A stretch of 64,000 nt of DNA from Macrostomum hystrix (Eukaryota; Animalia; Platyhelminthes). The DNA lies in NCBI GenBank assembly GCA_950097015.1, contig CATNEN010000038.1:16430001-16494000 (forward strand), read 5' to 3'. Position 1 is the first letter of the stretch. Each line of letters begins with the position of its first letter. Under the pieces are notes generated by a model. The model was not told where the DNA came from. It worked only from the letters and a program-made list of their open reading frames with translations, and made no database searches. The position numbers were made by a program, and so were the translations under genes. Shown here one piece after another: positions 11,401 through 23,740 of this stretch.

Positions 11401-14400
11401 GTAGACGTTTTTCCATTAAAGGTTGCTAACGCCGTCAACACTATTCAAATATTCAGCGAGACATTTGCCCGTTTCGGAATTCCACGACAGATTCTAGCAG
11501 ACAACGGAAGTCAGTTTGCATTCGCCGACTTTACAAAGCTAAACCAAATCAAACATATCTTCAGTGCGGTCGGACATCCAAGGACCAATGGGCTGAGTGA
11601 GCGAATGGTTCAGACAACAAAGAAAGCTATCCGAGCAGGCATGAAGAGCCACGGCGATGCGATTCTCAGCTTGCATAACTTTCTCATTCCGGTATCGAAG
11701 CACTCCACACAGTACCACTGGGAAGTCACCATCTGAGATGATACTCGCATATTCAAGGCAAACGAAGCTGGACTTCCTCAAGCCGGACACCTATGGGAGA
11801 GTCCTGGATTCGCAAAACAGGCAGATTATGCGCCGAGAAAAAGTCCCTCACAGAGGGTTTCAAGTTGGTGACTATGTGCTTGCTCTTGACTTCAGAAGGG
11901 AAAATGAGAACAAATATGCACATGCTAAAGTGCTAAAGCAAACTGGCCCACTCTCCTATCACGTTGAAGTCAATGGACAAGTCTGGAAAAGACATGTGGA
12001 TCATCTGATCAAAAGTCCGAAGTAGAGGCTCCACCTATCGTGAGTCGTGGCTACTACTCCAATGAGAATTGAAAGCCTGTAACTGATGGCAGCATCGACT
12101 CTGATCAGCCCGCAACACAAAGCTTCAACACCGAGCCAAAGAGAGGCCAAGCGAGAGAACAACCTTCGAACAAGCGAGTGTTGCGTGACCGGTCGAAGTT
12201 ACAATTATTTTTAACAAAGGGAGGAATGGTGTGTTTCATTCGAATATCTATGGGCGACGTTCAAGGCGCAAACGAAGGCGCAAGACGCTTAAGCCTTGGG
12301 CGCAAGGCTCAAGCCGACAAGAGACGTTCTTGTAACCATCTAAAACCGCAAGACGCGGATGGCGTAAATTTACTTTCGTTCGCGAAATTATTTTCCTCTT
12401 TTAAAATGGTGCCAATGACGCGGAATGACGAATGGGAGTTGTGATGGCCCATAGTAGCCGCGTAGAGTTGTTTGGGGCACAAAAATTCGGCTGAGTTTTA
12501 TTGAGCCCTCACTTAGTTTGGATTTTAGAGACTTCGAGACTCTTCTAATTTGCAAATGGCTGGGCAGCCCCCAAGACCATCGTGGATTGTGCCACCGAAT
12601 GAAGTTCTGCCGGCACAGGCACTGACGGAACTATGAGTAAATATGAATTCAAGGATCTGATGGAAGTGACGGCAAGTACTGACGAGACTATGTGGCATGG
12701 CACTAGCGATGCCCTCTTTGAATCGCACATCCAAGAGTATCTATGGCAACGCCTTCACCCGGGGCCTGCCAAGGTTTTGGCAGCATTCTGTACTGTATTC
12801 GTCATTATTACCCAGTTTAGGAATCTGAGACAGTCAGGATGTAGCCTTGTGGTTAGAGTGATGGACTCACGATTTGAGGGTCGGAGGTTCGATTCCCGAC
12901 TCCACTGGAACAATTTGTGTCATTTAGCAAGACAGACACTTAACTCTCCATTGCTTCAGTTCACTCAAATTTTAAATAGGTAAAAGCATCAGCTGGGATA
13001 ATTGAAGGTGGGTGTGGCGCCCCCAGTCCATGGACTGAACAGAGCTGTACGCAGCCTTCAGATGCGCCGCGCAATAGCTGCGGCAGTGCTCTCGGCCGCA
13101 CATCTTGCCTAATTGGGTACCGTGTAGTCAATCATCACAATTATTATTAGTTTAATTATATATTTAAATTAAAATTAAATGATTCATTGCTGAACGCGTA
13201 AAGTTTAGAGATATTTTGTTTGCCATCGGGGTAACCATGGATACTAGAGGGCCCTAGCAACGGTTTGCATTTCCGATGTGAAAAAAAACTTAGCTTAACT
13301 GAGGTCCAAACAATAACTTAATTAGAGTAATAGTCCAGCTGCTCACCTCTCATTGCAGTACAAAATGCACTCCTCGAAGTCATCGTCTGTGATTGATGCG
13401 GTACAGAGCATTATTGGAATCGTCAACAATGTGAGTATAGTGTCTAACAGGTGACACCCATGTCTAACAGGTCTAACAGTTGACACCCATGTCTAACAGG
13501 TCTAACAGGTGACACCCATGTCTAACAGGTCTAACAGGTGACACCCATGTCTAACAGGTCTAACAGGTGCCACCAATGTCTAACAGGTTGACACCCATGT
13601 CTAACAGGTGATACCCATGTCTAGCAGATGACACACATGTCTAACAGGTGACACCCATGTCTAACACGTGATACCCATTTCTAACAGGTGATACCCATGT
13701 CTAACATGCGATACCCATGTCTAACAGGTTGACACCCATGTCTAACAGGTGATACCCATGTCTAACAGGTTGACACGGGGTGTCAGTGTCAGAGCGGTCA
13801 AAAGCGCTTGCCTCCCGCACCAAGCTCCATGAGTTCGATTCCGCGGTGAGGCCACATTCATTTGGGGCGCAGCCGCGGAGAGAAGGCTTGGGGGCTTGTC
13901 GTGCAATTTACGCCCTTGAGGGCGAGCCTCCAAGGCACAGTGAGAGTGTACACTGCCTGACTATGAGAGTCAGGGCAGATGTACACACCTGTAAGCGTGT
14001 GTGCTCAGGTGTTAGCGAAATGGGCAGAATTGCCTCCTCGCTGGCTGCGAGTCTAGTGTCACCTGTTACCAAATGATGTGCCATTGTCCGCAGCCCTCCT
14101 GCAATTATTTTTTTTTCACTCTAAAAAATCCACATCAATATTATGGATATATAAAGCTGCAGTTTGTTTTTCGCACTGTACTGAAAGCAGTATAAGAGGC
14201 ATCTTTTCGCTATTTCTGCAGTTATTTCGCCGCTTCGACATTTATGTAGTAGTCGGCGCGCTGGAAATTCACAGCAGTACAATTTCTGGCTTCGATTTCG
14301 CCAGTCCGAAAATCCGGGATCCGCGTGACACGTTGCACTTATTGAAGAGATATGTAACCAGGATTCCCAAAAATGTGGAGTTCGACTGTGTGCACCTGCT

Positions 14401-17400
14401 TAAGTGAGTTGATTGGATACCTTGAGTGCTCACTGTCCATGTGCAAGACTACAGCCGATAGCACATTGCCTTCTACAAAAGACTCCCATCTACCAGACTC
14501 TTTTATTGACAATGCTTTAACCTACCAGACTCTCATCTCGAGTAGACTCCCATCTACTAGACACTTCTGTCGGGTAAAAAATTACGAGTGCATTGCCAAA
14601 AACTATAGTAAAACATTTATCAACTAAAATTTCAGCGGCAGAAATCCCTACGGCTCGACAGCTGGCGATGCCACCAAGAAAAGCATGTGCGACTGGCTAG
14701 ATTGCTGTGGTTTAAGCGTCGTAAGTAACTAGCAAATTGGCCTCCAGCAGAAGACACTAATCCCTATATTAGAATGAATTGGGAGACTAGTACCCTCTCT
14801 TTCAATTCCTCTCTCGATCTCCAGACTCCCTATTCTTTATGCCACAGCCTCCCAATATCTATCCCACCAGCCTCCCTACTCTCGATTCCCCAGTCTCCCT
14901 AATCCCTGTTCCCAGTCTCCTTAATACCTGTTCCCGAGCCACCTTACTCTCGGTTCCCGAGTCTCCCTAATTCCTGTTCCCAGTCTCCCTAATCTCTGTT
15001 CCCAGTCTCCCTAATCTCTGTTCCCAGTCTCCCTAATCTCTGTTCCCAGTCTCCCTAATCTCTGTTCCCAGTCTCCCTAATCTCTGTTCCCAGTCTCCAT
15101 AATCTCTGTTCCCAGTCTCCCTAATCTCTGTTCCCAGTCTCCCTAATCTCTGTTCCCAGTCTCCCTAATCTCTGTTCCCAGTCTCCCTAATCCCTGTTAC
15201 CAGTCTTCCTAATCTCTGTTCCCATTCTCTCTAATCCCTGTTCCCAGTCTCCCTAGTCCCTGTTCCCAGTCTCCCTAATCTCTGTTCCCAGTCTCCCTAA
15301 TCTCTGTTCCCATTCTCTCTAATCCCTGTTCCCAGTCTCCCTAGTCCCTGTTCCCAGTCTCCCTAATCCCTGTTCCCAGTCTCCCTAATCTCTGTTCCCA
15401 GTCTCCCTAATCTCTGTTCCCAGTCTCCCTAATCTCTGTTTCGAGTCTCCCTAATCTCTTTTCCCAGTCTCCCTAATCCCTGTTCCCAGTCTCCCTAATC
15501 CCTGTTCCCAGTCTTCCTAATCTCTGTTCCCAGTCTCCCTAATCTCTATTTCGAGTCTCCCTAATCTCTGTTACCAGTCTCCCTAATCCCTGTTCCCAGT
15601 CTTCCTAATCTCTGTTCCCAGTCTCCCTAATCTCTGTTCCCAGTCTCCCTAATCTCTGTTCCCAGTCTCCCTAATCTCTGTTTCGAGTCTCCCTAATCTT
15701 GGTTCCCCAGCCTCCCTAATCCTGGTTCCACAGCCTCCCTAATCTCTGTTCCCAGTCTCCCTAACCTCTGTTCCCATTCTCCCTAATCCCTGTTCCCAGT
15801 CTCCCTAATCTCTGTTCCCATTCTCCCTAATCCCTGTTCCCAGTCTCCCTAATCCCTGTTCCCAGTCTCCCTAATCCCTGTTCCCAGTCTCCCTAATCGC
15901 TGTTCCCAGTCTCCCTAATCTCTGTTCCCAGTCTCCCTAATCTCTGTTCCCAAGTCTCCCTAATCTCTGTTCCCAGTCTCCCTAATCTCTTTTCCCAGTC
16001 TCCCTAATCTCTGTTCCCATTCTCCCTAATCCCTGTTCCCAGTCTCCCTAATCCCTGTTCCCAGTCTCCCTAATCCCTGTTCCCAGTCTCCCTAATCGCT
16101 GTTCCCAGTCTCCCTAATCTCTGTTCCCAGTCTCCCTAATCTCTGTTCCCAGTCTCCCTAATCTCTTTTCCCAGTCTCCCTAATCCCTGTTCCCAGTCTC
16201 CCTAATCCCTGTTCCCAGTCTTCCTAATCTGTGTTACCAGTCTCCCTAATCCCTGTTCCCAGTCTTCCTAATCGCTGTTCCCCAGCCTCCCTAATACTGG
16301 TTCCCAGTCTCCCTAATCCCTGTTCCCAGTCTCCCTAATCGCTGTTCCCAGTCTCCCTAATCTCTGTTCCCAGTCTCCCTAATCTCTGTTCCCAGTCTCC
16401 CTAATCTCTTTTCCCAGTCTCCCTAATCCCTGTTCCCAGTCTCCCTAATCCCTGTTCCCAGTCTTCCTAATCTCTGTTCCCAGTCTCCCTAATCGCTGTT
16501 CCCAGTCTCCCTAATCTCTGTTCCCAGTCTCCCTAATCTCTGTTCCCAGTCTCCCTAATCTCTTTTCCCAGTCTCCCTAATCCCTGTTCCCAGTCTCCCT
16601 AATCCCTGTTCCCAGTCTTCCTAATCTCTGTTACCAGTCTCCCTAATCCCTGTTCCCAGTCTTCCTAATCGCTGTTCCCCAGCCTCCCTAATACTGGTTC
16701 CCCAGCCTCCCTAATCTCTTTTCCCAGTCTCCCTAATCTCTGTTCCCATTCTCCCTAATCCCTGTTCCCAGTCTCCCTAATCCCTGTTCCCAGTCTCCCT
16801 AATCCTGGTTCCCAAGCCTCCCTAATCTTGGTTCCCCAGCCTCCCTAATCTCTTTTCCCAGTCTCCCAAATCTTGGTTTCCCAGTCTCCCAAATCTGGGT
16901 TCACATGAAAATATTGAATATTTCGAATATCTCCGACTGCCCACCCCAGTCCCAGCACTCCAGCAGCTTCGCCACCACTGGGCTGACGATGACACAGAAA
17001 CTGGCCTACAACCTTGGCGTCAAGCACGATCACGAATATCCAGGCCGGGATTGCAACTGTCCTTACTCAGCCTGCATGATGAGCGCCACAATTCTGCCTG
17101 GCAGCGAGTGGCGCAACATCGGCTGGTCGTCCTGCTCAGTGGACGCCCTGTTGGGCTTCCTGGATTCCGGCGTCCGTCACTGCATGCTGTTGCCGAGACC
17201 GGAGACTGAAAATCCGGGCGGGCTTCGCCTGCCAGTAGCCACGGATTGGCCAAAGGCGGTCTGCGGCAACGGCTTTCTGGAAGACGGCGAGGCCTGCGAC
17301 TGCGGCGGCGAGGCCGGTTGTCGTGGCGTTGTAGGGGATGAGTAGGTCTGGGTACTCAGTCAACTGGGATTTGACTTTTTGAATCTGACCCAATCTTGGA

Positions 17401-19349
17401 ATTCTTCACTTTCACTTGGCTGCTGAACAACTCAGGTTAGAATTACTTTCACTTATTAATTACGAAGTGGAATCCCACTTTCGGGGTGAGTGAGTCTAAA
17501 GCGCTCGCCTCTCGCACCAAGTTTCCTGAGCTCGATGTCATGGTGAGGCCACATTCATTTGGGCCGCAGCCGCGGAGAGAAGGCTTGGGGGCTTATAGTG
17601 CGATTTGCGCCTTTGAGGGCCAACCTCCAAGGCACAGGGACTGCGTTCACTGCCTGATGATGAGAAATTGATTGCAGATGTACACACCTGTGTGAGTAGG
17701 TGTAATAATGAGCCATTGCCCGCAACCGCACTCCTATTTTAGGAGTTTTGCGTGTCGTGTGTATTTTTAAAAAACGAATGCCCTCTGCAGCATCTGCTGG
17801 CGTGGAAATTTCGGTAGGAGTGGCAGCACTCAGTCCACGGACTGAACAGCTGTACACAGGATTTGAAAGCGCTGCGCAATAGCTGCGGCTGTGCCAAGTG
17901 GATTTCGGTGCAATATCGATTCTTTTTTCTACAACTCTTTCATCTATTTTGAAACTAACAAGATCCAAAGTCTCGAGCTTTGTGTCAGAGGTAGCAAACA
18001 AGTCGTTAGTTATCTGCTCACCGATCGTTTTACAGAGGCAACGCATGCTGCGACGCCACCACCTGCCAGCTGGCAAAATCCGCTGCCTGCGCCGCGGGGC
18101 GCTGCTGCGACTTGACGGTCTGTAAGCCGCGCCCGACTGGCACCGTCTGCCGCGCCGCCAAAGGACAATGCGACCTGCCGGAATTCTGTAACGGCGTCGA
18201 CTCAACCTGCCCTGCCGATTTCGCTGCCAGAGACGGGACACCGTGCGACGGCAACTTCTGCGCCAACGGTCTGTGCGGCTCCGCCCAGACTCAGTGTCAG
18301 TTACTCTGGGGACCGACGGCACGGGATGCCGTGAGTCTGAGGAATTTAATCACTCTCGGAAGCTCTATTAAAAACTACTAACGCTTGTATTCACTTTGAT
18401 TGAATTGCTTCTTTTCCGTCAAGCTCACCTGACCTCACCTGACCTCACCTCACCTCACCTCACCTCACCTCACCTCACCTCACCTCACCTCACCTCACCT
18501 CACCTCACCTCACCTCACCTCACCTCACCTCACCTCACCTCACCTCACCTCACCTCACCTCACCTCACCTCACCTCACCTCACCTCACCTCACCTCACCT
18601 CACCTCACCTCACCTGTTTATAGCGTCTGAGCGAGACTCCTGAGCGATTCTGATTCGCTGTCTAGTTCACCATTAAGTAACACATCACACTTCTCCACCG
18701 CTTGCAGAGATCCTGGTGCACGTTAACAGACATGGAATGTGACAGGATAGAGTGCGCCAACACGCAAAGCGTTTACACTAACTCTTTTCTGAATTTCGGC
18801 AGTTGCATATATAGTTCATCAACAAGTGGTCCAATATTGTGCGAAATGACCATGTGCAACTACAATCCGGCGGTGCGCGGACCCGATCGAGTGCCAGACG
18901 GTGCACGTTGCGGAAACCGTACCGGCGAACAAATGTGCCTAGCCGGAGCTTGCCAATCCGCCTCGGAGATTCGTGCCCGAACCGCTGTGGCTGGCAATGT
19001 CACCTGCCACAACGGTGGCATCGTGAACTCGCGCGGCAACTGCCACTGTCCGGCAGGATTCGCCCCGCCCGACTGCCAGTTTGCCGGCAACGGTGGCAGC
19101 ATCGACAGCGGTCCGCCCGGATCGATTGGCCTGAGCCCCGGCAGAGTTGCCGCTGTTGTCCTGGCAGTCCTGGCCAGCTTGTTATGCGTCGCAGGCTGCG
19201 TCTACTGGGTTGGATGTAGCGACTGTAAATGTGGCGTTTCTATGTGGCGAAAGGCCATCAAATGCTGCTGTCCCCGTCGTTCTTCTTCTTCGCCTTCTTC
19301 TTCTTCTTCTTCTTCTCCTTCTTCTCCTTCTTCTCCTTCTGCTCCGTAA
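5495..19349 (+). CDS. ADAM-family membrane protein, non-proteolytic. Exons 5495-5591, 5740-5822, 6711-6863, 6939-7126, 7717-7898, 7988-8037, 8447-8566, 13359-13430, 14222-14403, 14636-14720, 16956(or 16950)-17341, 18036-18330, 18708-19349 (~844-846 aa)
   Basis: All introns are GT-AG and phase-compatible. Domains in order: signal peptide (MQPISH...FIILLCFNCAI), prodomain (QCHYSA...VSLCSDLLRG), furin site RHRR, reprolysin domain (LQLYLIVD, DCVHLL, SMCD, Met-turn CMM, WSSCS), disintegrin (CGNGFLEDGEACDCG, CDLPEFC), Cys-rich, EGF-like, TM and a Cys/Ser-rich tail. AATAAA at ~19563. Confidence 0.85.
5892..6686. repeat. 19-bp minisatellite (GGAARGTAGCCCTGTCAGT), ~42 copies, in ADAM intron 2
   Basis: Tandem periodicity with a single A/G variable site. 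Confidence 0.97.
7136..7680. repeat. Degenerate ~14-bp repeat (CAGAACAGACACCC) in ADAM intron 4
   Basis: Imperfect tandem periodicity. Confidence 0.9.
8711..12358 (+). mobile_element. Decayed near-full-length Gypsy (Mag-like) LTR retrotransposon in ADAM intron 7
   Basis: 5' LTR TG..CA at 8711-8895 and PBS TGGCGACGA at 8897. Gag (WAAYEERFEQ, LRDRLVC), protease, RT (YIDDILV), RNase H (TDHKPL) and integrase (TPHSTTGKSP) are present with many frameshifts. PPT at 12216-12226. A partial 3' LTR starts at 12227 and shares a ~57-bp core (8740-8797 vs 12302-12358). Confidence 0.9.
12833..13149 (+). mobile_element. tRNA-derived SINE family B (CORE-like central domain), full length
   Basis: A-box TAGCCTTGTGG, B-box GGTTCGATTCC, TGTGTC..TAGCAAGACACTTAAC..CTTCAGTTCAC, palindrome CAGTCCATGGACTG and an (ATT)n tail. 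Other copies at 33780, 42330, 54820, 55520 and 59590. Confidence 0.85.
13441..13776. repeat. ~20/29-bp minisatellite (TGTCTAACAGGTGACACCCA) in ADAM intron 8
   Basis: Tandem periodicity. Confidence 0.93.
13777..14113 (+). mobile_element. SINE family A, full length
   Basis: Head, body and structured 3' end match the other copies. Confidence 0.88.
14870..16895. repeat. 22-bp minisatellite (CCCAGTCTCCCTAATCTCTGTT), ~90 copies, in ADAM intron 10
   Basis: Tandem periodicity. Confidence 0.97.
17483..17895 (+). mobile_element. Degraded SINE A followed by a SINE B fragment
   Basis: SINE A head/body at 17483-17730. SINE B motif CAGTCCACGGACTGAACAGCTGTAC at ~17831. Confidence 0.75.
18425..18614. repeat. 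(CTCAC)n microsatellite
   Basis: Pure pentamer run. Confidence 0.98.
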
Positions 19350-19815
19350 TTTGGGAATGCAGCCTTCAGATTTTGCAAACAGTTCAAACGATTCAAACGC
19401 CTCTCGAAAGACTTGAACGCATGACTTATAACTATAATATTTCTGTAATGATTTCAACATCACGAGTTCGGTAAAGACTCCAGCGTCTATTTATCGAGCA
19501 GTGATGGGGGCCTTCCGATTGCGCTTGTAACAATATAATTTTGCATCGAATTTATAGACACAAATAAACCGAATGCTTCTGAACATAGCTGTATTTTCTC
19601 ATAGTTGGTCTGAAATCGGCACTTGGCCCCAAAAGAAACACATTAATTAGATAGACGGAATACAGGTTTTCTTCAATTTGAAAAGGTCACGATGAGTGGA
19701 TCGAAAATAAATTTGAACCACATAATCCTTGAATAATTTTCAATCTTTTAGACAAAACGCAATCAAAGTTGGTCAAGTGGTTAAATTTGTATAAATCTGG
19801 ATAGCGTTATAAAGG

Positions 19816-19937
<122 letters not shown>

Positions 19938-21099
19938 TTCTATTGCCGTAACTCGAAAATAACGAAGAAAAGACGATTCAATAGTCCAAGCTAAACAGCT
20001 GATATATAAGTGTTAATTAGTTAAAAAGAAAAGGCGATGAATAATTAGTTCCCCTGGCAGCGCTTTTTCCGGCCCCTGCCACGTACTGTACCTAATTCAA
20101 TTCAATATTCAATTCACAATTCGCACTGGTAATTTACTTAACAAATTCTCAATAACGTCAACACAAGAACAACAACGCGAACTCTACTCGATAATGCTCT
20201 GGACAACAACAAGACCTCACGAAAATAACATGATAATTAACACAAATAACTCCTGGACAAAAGCCAGATAGTCCATAAAACTAAACAAGACAAATAACGA
20301 GGCCCAATAACACAAAAACCTAACCCAAAGTCCCTAGTCTAAAACCGAGGCGACCAGCAAGCACTTCCGCACTATGGCACAACAATAGTTCTATTGTGCC
20401 ACACCTATTGTCAATTCGACGGCGTCCCACCGATGATTGTCGGCGATATGGAGAGTTACTTCCGTGCTTTCCAACCCCTGTCTAAGACTCCGTCAGCAGT
20501 TGGCCAGACGTACCGAGCTCAGCGCAAGCTACTTACTGACGTGGGATTGAGTGTGGGTTTTCTTCGACTAGCTAGTTGGACCGGTTTACCTGTCCCGGTA
20601 ACTATTACTATGCAACGACAGATAGAATGCGTAACAACACGGAAAAGAAAAGGAAGACAACAATACAACGGCTTCACAACGCAATAGTCAGTTATATAGT
20701 CAAACACCCGCCCCAGCCCCAGCCCGCCTAGCCCTGCAGGTCGACCCTGCCAGTTAACGAACTGGTCGCATCAGATTGGCTAGCCGTCTTCCTATTGGCT
20801 GGGCCCACCAGACCGGGGTTGGTCCGATACCTTGGCTGTAGAGCAGGGTGACCGACTGGTCGCGTGCGTAGGCCTGGCTGGGACGCGCATGTACTAACAA
20901 CTAACCTACTATAAAATACATTATAATAAAGAATTAATTGTTATTGACGTGCGCGAATAAGTTACTTCAAGTAGAAATATACGCATTTAAGTTACAGCAA
21001 GCACACAAATACAACCGCTAACCTTCGTCTGAGTTCTCATCTCGAGCCTTTGCCCCTTTGCGTGGCTTTCATATCATTTTGTCTTCACTCAAAGAGACA

Positions 21100-23270
21100 A
21101 ATGGAAGCAGAGCGTGAAGATGCCAAAAACAAAAGTGAAAGCTTAGCAAGCTCGCGAGGATCGAAGAGCGTTCCCTCGAAAGGCATAAGCGCTCTAATTT
21201 CTGCGTTGACTGCAATCATGCAACAGCAACAGCAACAACAACAGACACTTATGCTCCAAGACCAGCAGCTGATGGCTCAGCTTTAAACGCCACCACTACC
21301 GGCAGCCAGTTCTTTTACAATCACGCCAGCGGCTCCACACCCGGCATACCTGAGCGACAGTGTACTTCGCACCGTCTAGATGCCAACCTTCGATGGCGAG
21401 GACTTTCCAGCGTTCCAGTTTTCCTGCGTTCTGGAACTCTTTTAATCATCGCGTTGATAGCGTCAACATGTCCGATGTAGATAAATTCGAGACCATCCGT
21501 AGTCTACTCACCGCTGCTGCTTAACGCAAGCTCAACGGACTGGACTCCTGAAAGCCTGGTGCTTACCCCGAAGCGAGAAGGATTCTTCAACTGAACTACG
21601 GGGATCTGCAGGAGCACAATTGCGCGTGCTACAAACGCCTCCTTCACATGCCTACCCTCACCACAGTAGACCACCTGAATCTCGAAGAGTTCGCCGACAC
21701 GCTGCGTCTGACTCTCGTGCAACAGACCCGTCTGGAAGAACCCGCTGCGGCCATGGACGCATACATCTTCGCTGTCTGGCCAAAGTAGCCTTAAACATTG
21801 CAGCTGGACACCTAGGAGGCTCGCATCAAGGCAAATAGCCCTCGCATGCTAACTATGGAGGAGCTTCAGGAACATCTAGATACCAAGCTCCGGGCCGACA
21901 GAAGCCGACTTATCACATTTCCCACAGCATTCGTAATAAGAACTTACCCTGCGTCTACTGTAACAAACACGGCCATAGTCATCTACGTATCTTCACTGCG
22001 ACCAAATCGCCCAGTCCAGGCCCATCTGGAAGTTGTGAGAAAAAAGAGGCTTTGTTACAACTGCCTCGATGAGCACGCCTTGCGAGATTGCCCGTCCAAC
22101 TTCCGGTGTCATGAGTGTCGTGCCAGTCACCATACCTCACTACGCGGAAACTCACACCAAAAGCAAACACTCTTCCCCATGCAGTTTTCATGTTTCAAAA
22201 ACGAAGGCGAGTTCACAGCTGAAGCCGTCTCTGGCCTCTCATAGGTTCCCATGCAACAAGAGAACGCCACCAATGGAGCTGAGTTCACAAACGCAATTTT
22301 TATGCATCTCATCTACACATGATGGTCGCCTACAGCCAAAAATCATGTCTACATTTTCTGTACCGGCTGTTCTCATTCTGGCGACGTCGTTCGCATCTCA
22401 GCCCTTATAGATGGAGGCTGCAGTTTTACATGAAGTGACATCGCGTGACGTCTAACGCCACAGATTTTCGCGCGACTCAACCCAGTCAGCTCTGCGTGTC
22501 ATTCTGAAACCCACCGCCGCGTTAGTGCCGAACTCGTGCGCATCAAACTAGCTGCACGAGATGGTCGACGCATGTCACTTAAGCTGGTTATATCCGTAGA
22601 CCAGATCGCCCTAGCAATTCACCGCAAGCACTGAAGCTTCTCATGGACGTTCCGGCCTCGCTCCTTCATCTCCCATTCGGCGTCACGAATACTCCAGCCA
22701 TCAAGGACACGCACTAGACCATTGATATCCTTAATCGGCAAGGATTACGCCAAACTTTTGATTGATCCAAGCGTTGGTGCGATCCCATTGCGCCCAGCTT
22801 CACGGCAAATCTCACGCCTTTCTGCGCCATTCTCACGGGATCTCTGACAGACACCGCCATCGGCTCATTGAATCCCACAACGCGAGCACGTCTCTTTTCT
22901 GAAATACTCGACTTGACGCTCTCGAAAAACTTGTCTAGCGCTCTTCCAGCCTGGAAGCTCTCGGTCTAATGACTAATTCTGTCTAATGATCGGTTTACTA
23001 TAAGAAAAGGGTACGAGGAAGCGTCCCGCACTCCAAGACAAACCGCTGAGCAAGAAGCTTCTCGACAGAGTCACCCGCAAGAGCGGTCGTTTCTCGTTCG
23101 CCTTGCGCCACGTATCTACCAGATAATTTCGGACAGGCTTTTAAACACGCTCAGACAACCCATCAACGGCTAACGCCGGCCCCACACAACGCGAAGCGTA
23201 AATATGGGGAGTTCGAGAAGCGCAGGACTGAGGGCGTCCTCAATACAACTGACCCGCGAGTAGTACGGTC
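21100..23270 (+). mobile_element. Heavily decayed BEL/Pao LTR retrotransposon (gag, zinc knuckles, protease relics)
   Basis: MPTFDGEDF...SDVDKFE (DUF1759-like), LCYNCLDEHALRDCPSNFRCHECRASHHTSL (BEL Cys/His knuckles) and an ALIDGG-like protease motif at ~22401. Many stops and frameshifts. Confidence 0.8.
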
Positions 23271-23471
23271 AGTATACTTCTTCCAGGTAGTCACAACCCA
23301 GTCTCTGATCATGCGCGTAAAACGCGTGTAACTGCCGCGTATATTTAGGCGTGTTGGTTTTACGTAGCTGAAACACGTGTATTTTACTCGCTGATCGCCA
23401 TTGTGCTCGACTAACTCTCGCGTGAGGATCGCTCATCTGACCACATCTGACCACGATGATAGTTCCGCTCT

Positions 23472-23740
23472 TTAAGGAGGATTTCATTGTGGCGTCGTTG
23501 ACGCAATTATCGATCGAATCATCTTACTATATCTAGTTTAGTCGATCGTGCATGAAATTTTCGAAGATTTTGCATGTGAGTAGCAATGAATTAATAGAAC
23601 ATAAAAATTGTTTTCTTTGACTGATTTATGTGACCATATTAAGCATGGATTGTGTAAAACAATTTAAAATTTGTTATACCACGTGGTAACAGTTACTAGT
23701 ATCACAATAATATTTAAAAGCTGAAATTCCACTCCCTTAA
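23472..23740. mobile_element. Putative TTAA-flanked MITE (Kolobok/piggyBac-type)
   Basis: TTAA|GGAGGATTTCA ... TGAAATTCCACTCCC|TTAA, imperfect terminal inverted repeats. Confidence 0.4.

Noticed and set aside
12836-12905. tRNA genes at the SINE heads
   Set aside because: The cloverleaves are degenerate and always fused to repeated SINE bodies and tails.
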